From assembly GCA_965200965.1 (NCBI GenBank), contig OZ241744.1:3264001-3328000 (forward strand): a DNA stretch of 64,000 nucleotides. The letters run 5' to 3'. Each line of letters starts with the position of its first letter. Positions within the stretch are counted from its first letter, which is position 1. The translations under genes were made by a program, and so were the position numbers. Below, one piece after another: positions 21,808 through 30,850 of this stretch. The notes under the pieces are model-generated. The model was not told the origin of the DNA. It worked only from the letters and a program-made list of their open reading frames with translations, and searched no databases. The DNA is from an uncultured Candidatus Binatia bacterium (GTDB taxonomy: Bacteria > Desulfobacterota > Binatia > Bin18).

Positions 21808-21850
21808 CCACCTCATCCAGAAGAACTCATCGCTCACTCTGGTTAAACCC

Positions 21851-22813
21851 ATGTATAAGTCTGTCAAGCCGATTGACCTGGGCCGGGTGACGACCTATCC
21901 GCTGGCCGAGCGTCGCAACAAGGTCAGCGTACAGGACTTTGCCACCGTGTATGAGCCACGGGGCGGGCTGCGATCCTTTCTTGACAGCCTGCCCAAGATT
22001 CTGCTCGGGCAGGATTTCCCCGCGGTTGTTCGGGCTATTGTTGCCGCCCGTCGGGCTGACAGGCCGGTCATCTGGGGTATGGGCGCACACCTGATCAAAT
22101 GCGGCTTGAGCCCGTGGATTATCGAGCTGATGCGTCGGGGGGCTATCAGTGCCATCGCCATGAACGGAGCGGGCCCGATTCATGATGTTGAGATTGCCCT
22201 CCTCGGCGAGACCTCCGAAGATGTGGCCTCGGGTCTGGGCGACGGCAGCTTTGGCATGGCAGCCGAAACCGGTCAGTTGATAAATGACGCCCTGGACCGC
22301 GCCGAGGTGCGAGCCGGCCAGATGGGGCTCGGCGAAGCCCTGGGCCAGAAACTCGCTGCGCTGAGTCCGCCCTATATGGCCCACAGTCTGCTGACGGCTG
22401 CCTTTCGGCTCGGCGTGCCGCTGACGGTCCATGTTGCGCTGGGGACCGATATCATTCATATGCGGGACAACGCCGCCGGCGGCCTGTTAGGGCAGGCCAG
22501 CTTTACCGATTTTCGGCTGTTGAGCAGCCTGCTTGCCGGGCTGTCGGACGGTGTGTATCTGAACATCGGCTCGGCGGTGATTCTGCCCGAGGTGTTCTTG
22601 AAGGCGTTTACCATCGCCCAGAATCTGGGCGCGAATCTCAGCCGGTTTGTGACCGTTAATCTCGATATGCAGCAACACTACCGCCCGCTCCAGAACGTTG
22701 TGGGCCGGCCGGCCGGGGTCGGGGGCCGGGGCTACGCGATCACCGGTCATCACGAGTTGATGGTGCCGCTGCTGGCCGCAGCCGTACTGGAGGCGTTGGC
22801 CGAGGAGGGCTAG
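21851..22813 (+). CDS. Conserved hypothetical protein, deoxyhypusine-synthase-like fold
   Basis: PVIWGMGAHLIKCGL..IIELM..G.I..IAMNGAG..HD and SLL.AA...VP patterns resemble the DHS-like NAD-binding fold. Confidence 0.55.
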   Translation: MYKSVKPIDLGRVTTYPLAERRNKVSVQDFATVYEPRGGLRSFLDSLPKILLGQDFPAVVRAIVAARRADRPVIWGMGAHLIKCGLSPWIIELMRRGAISAIAMNGAGPIHDVEIALLGETSEDVASGLGDGSFGMAAETGQLINDALDRAEVRAGQMGLGEALGQKLAALSPPYMAHSLLTAAFRLGVPLTVHVALGTDIIHMRDNAAGGLLGQASFTDFRLLSSLLAGLSDGVYLNIGSAVILPEVFLKAFTIAQNLGANLSRFVTVNLDMQQHYRPLQNVVGRPAGVGGRGYAITGHHELMVPLLAAAVLEALAEEG

Positions 22814-22962
22814 GGGCGACGGTGTGTGTCTGCCCGGTTTCCACCCAAGGAGGAGGACATCGATGGTGAAAAAAACTGGCCGCCATGAACCTGATGATCG
22901 TGGAGGGAGAAGACTGAGCGGCCACATTCTCTGCCCGCCGCGGGTAGTGTATAGTACCCGCC

Positions 22963-25041
22963 ATGAAGGCTGGAAGGTATCGGCTAGGGATAGATATTGG
23001 CGGCACATTTACCGACTTGGTCCTGCTGTCGGACGACGGCGCGGCGGCTGTCGGCAAGGTGCTGACAACTCCGCACGACCCGGCCGCGGCCGTACTCCAA
23101 GGGCTAGGCGAGCTGTTGGACCGGGCGGCTCTCAGCCCCCGGCACGTCTCGCACCTCGTCCACGGCACGACGCTCATCACCAACGCAATTATTGAGCGCA
23201 AAGGTGCCAGGACGGGTCTTATCACGACCGGGGGCTTTCGGGATGCGCTGGAGATTGGCCGCGAGCGACGCTACGATATTTACGATATTTCGCTGGAAAA
23301 CCCCCAGCCCTTAGTCCCGCGTTTTCTCCGACGCGAGGTAGCCGAACGCTTAGACCACAACGGCCAAGTGCTCATCCCGCTGGATGCAACACAAGTCCGG
23401 GCGGTGATCCAGGAGCTAGTTGATGCTGGTATTGAGGCCCTGGCCGTATGTTTCCTCCACTCGTTTCGCAATCCGGCCCATGAACAGATGGTGAAGCGGG
23501 TTGTGACCGAGCATTTTCCACACCTGAGCTGCTCGCTGTCGTCCGAGGTCATGCCGGAAATCCGGGAGTATGAACGGACCTCAACCACAGTCGCCAATGT
23601 GTATGTAAAACCCCTGGCCCGTCGCTATCTGGATAAACTGAACACCGCTCTGCGTGCCCTGGGTGTGCCGCGTGATATGTTCGTCATGCTGTCGAACGGT
23701 GGCATTACGAGCTGTGAGGTGGCCGGCGAATATCCGATCCGGCTGATCGAATCCGGTCCCGCGGCCGGCGCGCTGGCGGCCAGCTTTTACAGCGCCGAGC
23801 AGCAACTTGACCGGGTGATTTCGTTTGACATGGGCGGCACAACGGCCAAAATCTGCCTGATTGATAGGGGCCGGCCCATGCTGACAAGCGACTTTGAGGC
23901 GGCCCGGGTATACCGCTTCAAAAAGGGCAGTGGCCTGCCGCTCAAAGTGCCGGTGATTGAAATGATCGAGATCGGTGCTGGCGGGGGCAGCATTGCCCGG
24001 ATCGATAGGCTCGGGCTGCTCAAGGTCGGCCCGGACAGCGCCGGATCTCAGCCCGGGCCGGTGTGTTACGACCGGGGCGGAACCGAGCCGACCGTGACCG
24101 ACGCCGACCTGGTGCTGGGCTATCTCAGCCCGGACTATTTTCTGGGCGGCACGATGCGGCTCAACCGGGGAGCGGCCGAGCGGGCGATTGCCGACACGAT
24201 CGCAGGGCCGCTCAAGCTCGACACGCTGCGGGCGGCCTGGGGGATTCATCAGGTGGTGAACGAGAACATGGCCAACGCGGCGCGTATGCACCTAGTTGAA
24301 AAGGGCCGCGACCCCCGCGACTCGCACCTGATCGCCTTTGGCGGGGCCGGCCCGGTCCACGCCTGCCGGGTGGCCGAGCGGCTGAAGCTCACAACGGTGG
24401 TGTGCCCGCTGGCGGCCGGCGTGACCTCGGCCTTTGGGATGCTGACCGCGCCGCTGGCCTTTGATTTTGTGCAGAGCTATGTGACGACTCTGTCAGCGTT
24501 GGACCTTGCCAGCCTGGAGCGGTTGTACGCCGACCTGGAAGAGCGTGGCCGGGCACTGCTGACCGCGGCCGGGGTAGAGGGGGATATCAGCCTCAGCCGC
24601 TCCGCGGACATGCGCTATGTCCAGCAGGGGTTTGAGATTCGTGTGCCGCTGCCCCCGGTCCTGAACGCTGAGCAGTTGCCGGCCCTGCGCCGGGCCTTTG
24701 CCGAGGAGTATGAGCGGCTCTACAAGCGGCTCAACCCGGGCGTTGAGATTGAGGTGGTGAACTGGCGGCTGCTGGCCTCGGGGCCGCGGCCCCAGGTAAC
24801 GCTGCCGTCGGCGGACAGGTCGGGCCAGACCCTCGAAGCCGCCCAAAAGGGCGAGCGGCAGGTCTACTTCCCCGAGTATGAGGGCTATGCCCTATGTCCG
24901 GTCTACGACCGCTATGTGTTGCCGGCCGGCGTGCCCTTTCCCGGCCCAGCCATTGTCGAAGAGCGGGAATGCACGGTCGTCATCAGCCCCAAGGGCCAGG
25001 GGCAGGTAGACGCCCAGCAGAATCTGGTGATTCGCCTCTGA
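22963..25041 (+). CDS. Hydantoinase A / 5-oxoprolinase subunit
   Basis: DIGGTFTD, HGTT, ESGPAAG, DMGGTT, IGAGGGS, FGGAG. No B subunit adjacent. Confidence 0.92.
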   Translation: MKAGRYRLGIDIGGTFTDLVLLSDDGAAAVGKVLTTPHDPAAAVLQGLGELLDRAALSPRHVSHLVHGTTLITNAIIERKGARTGLITTGGFRDALEIGRERRYDIYDISLENPQPLVPRFLRREVAERLDHNGQVLIPLDATQVRAVIQELVDAGIEALAVCFLHSFRNPAHEQMVKRVVTEHFPHLSCSLSSEVMPEIREYERTSTTVANVYVKPLARRYLDKLNTALRALGVPRDMFVMLSNGGITSCEVAGEYPIRLIESGPAAGALAASFYSAEQQLDRVISFDMGGTTAKICLIDRGRPMLTSDFEAARVYRFKKGSGLPLKVPVIEMIEIGAGGGSIARIDRLGLLKVGPDSAGSQPGPVCYDRGGTEPTVTDADLVLGYLSPDYFLGGTMRLNRGAAERAIADTIAGPLKLDTLRAAWGIHQVVNENMANAARMHLVEKGRDPRDSHLIAFGGAGPVHACRVAERLKLTTVVCPLAAGVTSAFGMLTAPLAFDFVQSYVTTLSALDLASLERLYADLEERGRALLTAAGVEGDISLSRSADMRYVQQGFEIRVPLPPVLNAEQLPALRRAFAEEYERLYKRLNPGVEIEVVNWRLLASGPRPQVTLPSADRSGQTLEAAQKGERQVYFPEYEGYALCPVYDRYVLPAGVPFPGPAIVEERECTVVISPKGQGQVDAQQNLVIRL

Positions 25042-25092
25042 GGCCAGGATTGCTGAAGAGTTCCTCATTGAGCCTGGTAAAGTGGAATGTGC

Positions 25093-25238
25093 TCAGTGCG
25101 CTCTTGGGAGGATTTTGCCTGTTGCGACAGACTGAACGTGTTTGAGGATTTCGGCGCTGTAGTAGCGATTGGCGCACCTATCACAGGCTCCAATCAGAAC
25201 ATCCTCCAGGATGACAAAGCTGGTTCTGTGTTTGAAAG
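25093..25238 (-). pseudogene. 3' fragment of a YgiT/MqsA-type zinc-finger protein
   Basis: FKHRTSFVILEDVLIGACDRCANRYYSAEILK has only the second CxxC. The upstream half is replaced by unrelated sequence. Confidence 0.55.
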
Positions 25239-25540
25239 GGGAATTATAGCCCAAACGTGGCACGGGGCTTTTCGGCACACAATCCTGGAATCGGAATGAG
25301 GACAAAACCGTGTTCGTCGACGCTCATGGCTTGACCTCTTGCAATCGTATTCGTTCCTTAACGTTCCGGTCATGCTGCCAAAACAGCGCCTTGGCGAGCA
25401 CTTTCGGGTCCTCCGGCATAGGGTGGGGCAGAGTGCGTGCGCTTGGATTGTTTCGTGGTCTTCTCAGCCGCCATTTCCGTTCTCCTTCCCCTCTATTACA
25501 TGACTCGTGACGAGCATTTTTCCAGCGGGGCATAATTAAT
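25239..25540. mobile_element. Possible IS1595-family end remnant with a degraded small passenger ORF
   Basis: GGGAATTATAGCCC at 25239-25252 sits at the truncation point of the YgiT fragment. No transposase present. Confidence 0.3.
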
Positions 25541-25668
25541 CATGCTTTGGTTCCCTGCTGATGTGTCTCCCATCATTGAGCCAAAAGATACGCATGTCGA
25601 TTCTCCTTATCAGAATGGTATGGCCGGCGGGGTCTTGGGTCTGGTGGTCTTCTTCGCTCGTACCATGT

Positions 25669-26028
25669 TCATTGAGGAGTGAACGTGTCGCCTTCCTCTC
25701 GATCTGATGACACGTTCACTCCTTTACTCCTGTCCTGTGTTGTCGTCCCGGTAGAGCTGTCCGCGGCCGTTTCGTTGTCCATGTAGGCACGCGCCGAGGA
25801 GAAGGATGAGACGCTGTAGGGGACGAGGAAGGTCAGCCCGATTTTGGCCAGTAAACGCGGCGAGAAGTCGAGGCTCAGCAGCACGTCATACTGGTTGATG
25901 AGGGTCAGGATCGGCCCGACGATGCCGGCGACCTTGAGTGCCCGCAGGACGGTCTCGCGGCGAAACAGGTGGTGGACAAAGCGACGCAGGGAACTGGCGT
26001 ACTGCACACGAACGAGACAATCAGGCAC
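25669..26028 (-). CDS. NrtS-family small membrane protein (nitrate/nitrite transporter-like)
   Basis: ALKVAGIVG.ILTLINQ.D...KIGLTFLVPYSVSS pattern. Start uncertain. Confidence 0.7.
   Translation of the reverse strand: MPDCLVRVQYASSLRRFVHHLFRRETVLRALKVAGIVGPILTLINQYDVLLSLDFSPRLLAKIGLTFLVPYSVSSFSSARAYMDNETAADSSTGTTTQDRSKGVNVSSDREEGDTFTPQ
25675..25723. repeat. 15-bp perfect inverted repeat with 19-nt loop
   Basis: AGGAGTGAACGTGTC (25675-25689) / GACACGTTCACTCCT (25709-25723). Confidence 0.9.
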
Positions 26029-26260
26029 GCAGCCATTTGTCCAGACATCGGCCCCCCAAGCGTTTGCCCGCCCGGGTGACTTCTACAGGAGGGAGAGGCA
26101 GCAATTGAGGATCACCAGCCAGACGATTCATACCAGTGCCGGGGCGGTGTGTAGGCGGAGCCGGCCCGCTCGTTGCCAGCCGCCTCGCTGCTCTATACCG
26201 CCGCTTGCCGTGGAGGTGCGGGGACCCGTTCCTGATTCAGCAGCTTCAGGCACAGGGTGT

Positions 26261-27133
26261 TCACGCCCGCTGGGCGCGTTCCACAACAGGGGCCAGGCTC
26301 TTGACCGCTTCCACCCCGCTGCCGCTGGCCGCGGCCCAGGCCAGGACGACCAGCCGACTCAGGCCGGCTTCTGCATAGGCTTGCATCGTATCGACCGTCG
26401 GCCCGTCTCCCTGGACCATGAGCAGGGTTGAGAACTCCAGGCGGTCCGGGTCGCGGCCGGCTTGTGTAGCCAGGCGTTTGATTTCAGGAATCGACGCTGC
26501 GGCCTGCTCGGGACTCAGGTTGCCCGGACACCAGCCGTCGGCGTACTGGGCCACCCGCTTGACGGCGTATTGGGGGTCGTGCGCGCCGAGCAGAATGGGC
26601 GGGTAGGGCTTCTGGACCGGCTTGGGGAAGAGTCTGACCCGCGGGAAGTTGACGAACTCACCCGCATAGCTGGTCTCGTCGGTGCTCCACAACGCACGCA
26701 GGGCCTCGATCGATTCGCGCAAATGTTTCCAGCGACGATTGAAATTGACGCCCATAATTGCGGCCTCTTCCGGGAACCAGCCGGCCCCCGCACCAAGGAT
26801 CACCCGCCCCTTGGAATACAGGTCAAGCGTGGCCACCGCCTTGGCGGTCGTGATGGTATCACGCTCCGGCAGCAGGCAGACGCCGGTTCCGAGTTTGATC
26901 GTGCTCGTCGCCTGAGCCGCGGCGGCCAGGGCAACAAACGGGTCGGCCAGATGGGCGTAGAACTCCGGGACCTTGCCGTCGGGCGAGCGGGGATAATAGG
27001 TCGTATAGGAGGCGGGAATGACCAGATGCTCGGCCACCCACAAGGACTCAAAGCCGAGCTGCTCCGCGGTCTGGGCAATAGCCCCCGGCTCGCCCGACTG
27101 TTCTGTCAGAAATACCGAAACCCCGATTTTCAT
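26261..27133 (-). CDS. LLM-class (probable F420-dependent, Rv2161c-like) oxidoreductase
   Basis: AEQLGFESLWVAEH, DPFVALAAAA, AKAVATLD..S.GR, PKPVQ.PYPPI. Confidence 0.88.
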   Translation of the reverse strand: MKIGVSVFLTEQSGEPGAIAQTAEQLGFESLWVAEHLVIPASYTTYYPRSPDGKVPEFYAHLADPFVALAAAAQATSTIKLGTGVCLLPERDTITTAKAVATLDLYSKGRVILGAGAGWFPEEAAIMGVNFNRRWKHLRESIEALRALWSTDETSYAGEFVNFPRVRLFPKPVQKPYPPILLGAHDPQYAVKRVAQYADGWCPGNLSPEQAAASIPEIKRLATQAGRDPDRLEFSTLLMVQGDGPTVDTMQAYAEAGLSRLVVLAWAAASGSGVEAVKSLAPVVERAQRA

Positions 27134-27231
27134 AGCGCTGTCCTCCCTGGTCAGCTGAGTCTAGCACAGGAGGCCGACAGGAAGACAGGACGCGGTTTGT
27201 GTTGGCCGCCCACCTCGGTTATAGTCTGGCC

Positions 27232-28137
27232 ATGCTGCAAGCCGGTGGAGCAACGGTTCATTTCTTGAACGCAGGCTTCTGGTATGACGACGGCGGGGCC
27301 CAGTTCGGCATTGTGCCGCGCGAGCTGTGGGCCAGAGAAAAGCCGCCCAACGACCGCAACCGGATCAGGCTGAGCCTGAGTTGCCCGCTGATCGTCTGCG
27401 GTCAGGACGTGATCCTGGTCGATACCGGCATCGGCAACCGCCTGAGCGAGCGTGAAGTCCAGGTCTACACCCCCGACCCGGCCGACAGGCTGGTCAAGGG
27501 ATTGGCTACGCTCGGCTTTGCGCCCCAGGATGTGACCCATGTGGTGATCTCGCACCTGCACTTCGATCATGTCGGCGGGCTGATTGACAAGACGCCTGAC
27601 GGTGAAGCGCGGCTGATTTTCAGCCGGGCCCAGGTTCTTATCCAGAAAGCCGAATGGGAGTTGGCCACCCAGCCGCCAGACGAACGCCTGGCCGCGGCCT
27701 ATCGCCACGCCCCGGAGTGCCTGCCCCCGCTCAAGCGCGTCGAACTCCTTGACGGCGATACACGGCTGACGCCGACGGTCCGCACCGCAGTCTCGGGCGG
27801 GCATACCGCCCCGCACCAGTGCGTGATTGTCGAGGCCGGCGGAACCGGCCTGATCCACTTGGCCGACATTGTGCCGACCACCTCGCACCTTCGGCCGGCC
27901 TGGAACGCCGCCTATGATACCGACCCGCTGACAACTCTTGCGGCCAAGAAGCGCTTTCTGGACGAAGCCCGGACCAAGAACCTGTGGGTGTCGTTCTCGC
28001 ACGATGACACGGTTGCGGCCGGCCGCCTCGCCCCCTCAAGGAGCAAAAGGCCGGAGCTGGCAGAGACCATAGCGATTGCAGCGACGGAGAGGCAGGAGAC
28101 ACAGGCGGGAGAGGTTGAGCAATGGCCACACTGCTAA
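27232..28137 (+). CDS. MBL-fold metallo-hydrolase (YtnP-like)
   Basis: DGGA.FG.VP, VDTG.G, SHLHFDHVGG, GHT..H, FSHD. Confidence 0.88.
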   Translation: MLQAGGATVHFLNAGFWYDDGGAQFGIVPRELWAREKPPNDRNRIRLSLSCPLIVCGQDVILVDTGIGNRLSEREVQVYTPDPADRLVKGLATLGFAPQDVTHVVISHLHFDHVGGLIDKTPDGEARLIFSRAQVLIQKAEWELATQPPDERLAAAYRHAPECLPPLKRVELLDGDTRLTPTVRTAVSGGHTAPHQCVIVEAGGTGLIHLADIVPTTSHLRPAWNAAYDTDPLTTLAAKKRFLDEARTKNLWVSFSHDDTVAAGRLAPSRSKRPELAETIAIAATERQETQAGEVEQWPHC

Positions 28138-28184
28138 AACACGAGAGAGCGAGCCACGGCCGCGCCGCCTGCTGAGCGTCTGCT

Positions 28185-29600
28185 ATGGCCTACGCAACAA
28201 GCATTCGATCCGAGCGCTTTGTGTTTGCCGACCTGCGCGAGGTCCTGGCCAAGGCCAATGAGGACAAATCAGGCGATTGTCTAGCTGGGATCGCGGCCTG
28301 CTCCGAACAGGAACGGGTCGCCGCCAAATGGGTCCTGGCCGACATTCCCCTGTCTGATCTGCTTGCCTGCCCCTTGATTGATCCCGATCAGGACGCGGTC
28401 AGTCGCCTGATCCTCGACAGCCTGGACCACGAGGCGTTTCACACGCTGGCCCATTTGACCGTTGGGGAGTTTCGGGAATATCTCCTTGACGACGCAACGG
28501 GTCAGCCACAACTCCAGCGCCTGCACGGGGCTATCCCGCCCGAGGCCGCAGCTGCGGTAGCCAAACTGATGAGCAACAAGGACTTGGTGCTGGCCGCGGC
28601 CAAAGTCCGCACCGTCACCCGCTGTCGCAATACAATGGGTGGGGCCGGGGTGCTGGGTATCCGTCTTCAGCCCAACCACCCCAGCGATGACCTGGGGGGT
28701 ATTCTGTTATCAGCCGTAGACGGCCTGCTGTTTGGCTGTGGGGATGCGGTGATTGGCGTCAACCCGGCCACCGAATCGGTTGACACCGTGTCAGCCATCT
28801 TGCACGGCCTCGACCGGCTGATCGAGACCTGTCAGATTCCGACCCAGGCCTGCTGCCTGGCCCATATCAGCACCCAACTGGCCAGCCTGGAGCGGGGCGC
28901 GCCGGTTGACCTGCTGTTCCAGTCGATTGCCGGCACGGAGGCGGCCAACGCCAGCTTTGGCATCACGCTGGAGCTGCTGCGTGAAGGACAACAACGGGTG
29001 CTGGAGCAGCATCGTCGGCGCGATGTGGAATGGGTCGGGGACAACGTGATGTATTTTGAGACCGGCCAGGGCAGCGCCCTGTCGGCCGATGCCCACCACC
29101 GGGTTGATCAGCTGACCCTGGAAGCCCGGACGTATGGGCTGGCACGGGTCTTTCAGCCCTTTCTGGTCAACAGCGTGGTCGGCTTTATCGGACCCGAATA
29201 TCTGGCTGACGAACGCCAGATCGTCCGCGCCGGCCTGGAAGATCACTTCATGGGCAAGCTGCTCGGTCTGCCGATGGGCTGTGATGTGTGCTATACCAAC
29301 CACGCTGCCGCGGACCAGAACTCGGCAGACAATCTGCTACTCCTGCTGGCCGCGGCCGGCTGCAACTATTTCATGGGCGTGCCGGGCGCAGACGACATCA
29401 TGCTCAACTATCAATCGACCAGCTTCCACGACGCGCTCGGCGTGCGCCGGCTGTTTCAGCTCACACCCGCCCCGGAGTTCCTGGCTTGGCTTGAGCAGAC
29501 CGGCATTTTTCACAATCGGCAGCCGGCCGAGGCCGACAGCCCGCTCCGCCAGCAGCTCGTTCGCCGTGTGCAGACAATTGAAGGGAGCCTCGGCGTATGA
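28185..29600 (+). CDS. eutB: Ethanolamine ammonia-lyase large subunit
   Basis: RLQPNHP.DD, GDAVIGVNPA, YFETGQGSALS, GLEDHFMGKLLGLPMGCDVCYTNH. Confidence 0.96.
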   Translation: MAYATSIRSERFVFADLREVLAKANEDKSGDCLAGIAACSEQERVAAKWVLADIPLSDLLACPLIDPDQDAVSRLILDSLDHEAFHTLAHLTVGEFREYLLDDATGQPQLQRLHGAIPPEAAAAVAKLMSNKDLVLAAAKVRTVTRCRNTMGGAGVLGIRLQPNHPSDDLGGILLSAVDGLLFGCGDAVIGVNPATESVDTVSAILHGLDRLIETCQIPTQACCLAHISTQLASLERGAPVDLLFQSIAGTEAANASFGITLELLREGQQRVLEQHRRRDVEWVGDNVMYFETGQGSALSADAHHRVDQLTLEARTYGLARVFQPFLVNSVVGFIGPEYLADERQIVRAGLEDHFMGKLLGLPMGCDVCYTNHAAADQNSADNLLLLLAAAGCNYFMGVPGADDIMLNYQSTSFHDALGVRRLFQLTPAPEFLAWLEQTGIFHNRQPAEADSPLRQQLVRRVQTIEGSLGV

Positions 29601-30376
29601 AACCTCCTGCTCACCACCCCCGTCAGGCCGACCTCATCCGAGCCGTTCGACACCGGACGCCGGCCCGCATCCTGATCGGCAGGGCCGGGCCCGCCTATCG
29701 GACCCATACCCAGCTCGCTCTGCGCCGGGATCATGCCGCGGCTCTTGATGCAGTCCAGGCCGAGCTTGAGCTTGAGCGAGACTTCGCTCCCGAACTGGTC
29801 AAGGGCTGGGGCTTGTTTATGGTGACGACCCGGGCCGAGACCAAGGCCGACTACCTGCTGCGGCCAGACCTGGGACGGCGTTTGAGTCCCCACGCTCGGC
29901 AACGCATCCAGGAGCGATGTCCACGCCGGGCTGACCTCCAGCTCGCCATTGGCGACGGTTTATCGGTGGCCGCGGTCAAAGCCCAGGTGCCGACGCTGCT
30001 TGATGAGCTGGCCCGGGGCGCGCAGCAGCAGGGCTGGCGCTTTGGTCAGCCGTTTGTGATTCGCCACTGCCGGGTGGGGGTGCTGAACGATATCGGGGAG
30101 ATTCTTGAGCCGAGTGTGGTGGTGTTATTGATTGGTGAGCGGCCCGGGCTGGCCACCGCCCGGAGTCTGTCGGCGTATATGGCCTATCAGCCACGCGCCG
30201 GCCATACCGACGCGGAGCGGAATCTCGTCTCGAATATCCACCACCGGGGCGTGACGCCCATCGCCGCGGCCGGACGCATTCTTGGGCTGGCGGAACGTTT
30301 GCGCCGCGCCCGGCACAGCGGGGTCAGTGTCAAGGAGCAGATCGCTGAACACCCGCACACGGGCCTGACAGGCTGA
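29597..30376 (+). CDS. eutC: Ethanolamine ammonia-lyase small subunit
   Basis: TPARI..GRAG, YLLRPDLGRRL, DGLS, LIGERPGL, DAERN.VSNIH. Confidence 0.95.
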   Translation: MKPPAHHPRQADLIRAVRHRTPARILIGRAGPAYRTHTQLALRRDHAAALDAVQAELELERDFAPELVKGWGLFMVTTRAETKADYLLRPDLGRRLSPHARQRIQERCPRRADLQLAIGDGLSVAAVKAQVPTLLDELARGAQQQGWRFGQPFVIRHCRVGVLNDIGEILEPSVVVLLIGERPGLATARSLSAYMAYQPRAGHTDAERNLVSNIHHRGVTPIAAAGRILGLAERLRRARHSGVSVKEQIAEHPHTGLTG

Positions 30377-30412
30377 GGCCGAAGAGGGTGTCTGGACGAG
30401 AAAGGGGGAGCG

Positions 30413-30748
30413 GTGGAAGACACGCGCCAGGCTCAGCAGGAATCACAGCCGGCCCAGGAGTTGCCGTTGTGTCCCATCTGCAACCTGTACGCCGCCCAAC
30501 TGCGCCGCGGCAAGCTTCAATGCAGAAACTGCGGGTTTATTGAATCGTGACATGACTGTTCGTCCTCTGGCAGAGGACAGGCCGAGTGGATTCGGGCCTA
30601 TAGCGCCGAAGGCTTTGAGGCGCATGTGGAGCAACAGTTGGGGCTGCTTGACCGTCTCGCCGCGGCTGTACAGCGGCCGAGCGCGAACGGCTGGTCAAAC
30701 ATTTACGAATACCTGTTCCGGGAGCAGGCCTATCGCCAGGAGCAGTGA
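30413..30748 (+). CDS. Candidate selenoprotein: small zinc-ribbon protein with UxxC (TGA at 30548-30550)
   Basis: Purine-rich RBS (30401-30410) then GTG. CPIC-x13-CRNCGFIES-[TGA]-HDC, then 65 sense codons to the stop at 30746. SECIS-like hairpin follows the TGA. Confidence 0.72.
30562..30578 (+). promoter_or_regulatory. Putative bacterial SECIS hairpin
   Basis: GTCCTCT-GGC-AGAGGAC perfect 7-bp stem beginning 11 nt after the TGA; loop GG at +19. Confidence 0.7.
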
Positions 30749-30850
30749 CCGGTCTAGGAGCAGTGATGAACTTTGGGACAATTGCGGCCAGAGCGATGGC
30801 CGTGGCCGAGCGAGCAGCGACTCCGTGGTGCCGAGGTCCCGGCCACCTTG

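Noticed and set aside
25408-25416. Another GTCCTCCGG matching the SECIS-like motif
   Set aside because: No TGA 11 nt upstream and no supported plus-strand gene.
28100-28185. Cobalamin riboswitch or microcompartment genes for eutBC
   Set aside because: The intergenic gap is under 50 nt with no B12-box seen, and no shell genes are present. Stand-alone eutBC is common.
30738-30766. 11-bp direct repeat AGGAGCAGTGA flanking CCGGTCT
   Set aside because: Could be a small duplication scar but is too short to interpret.
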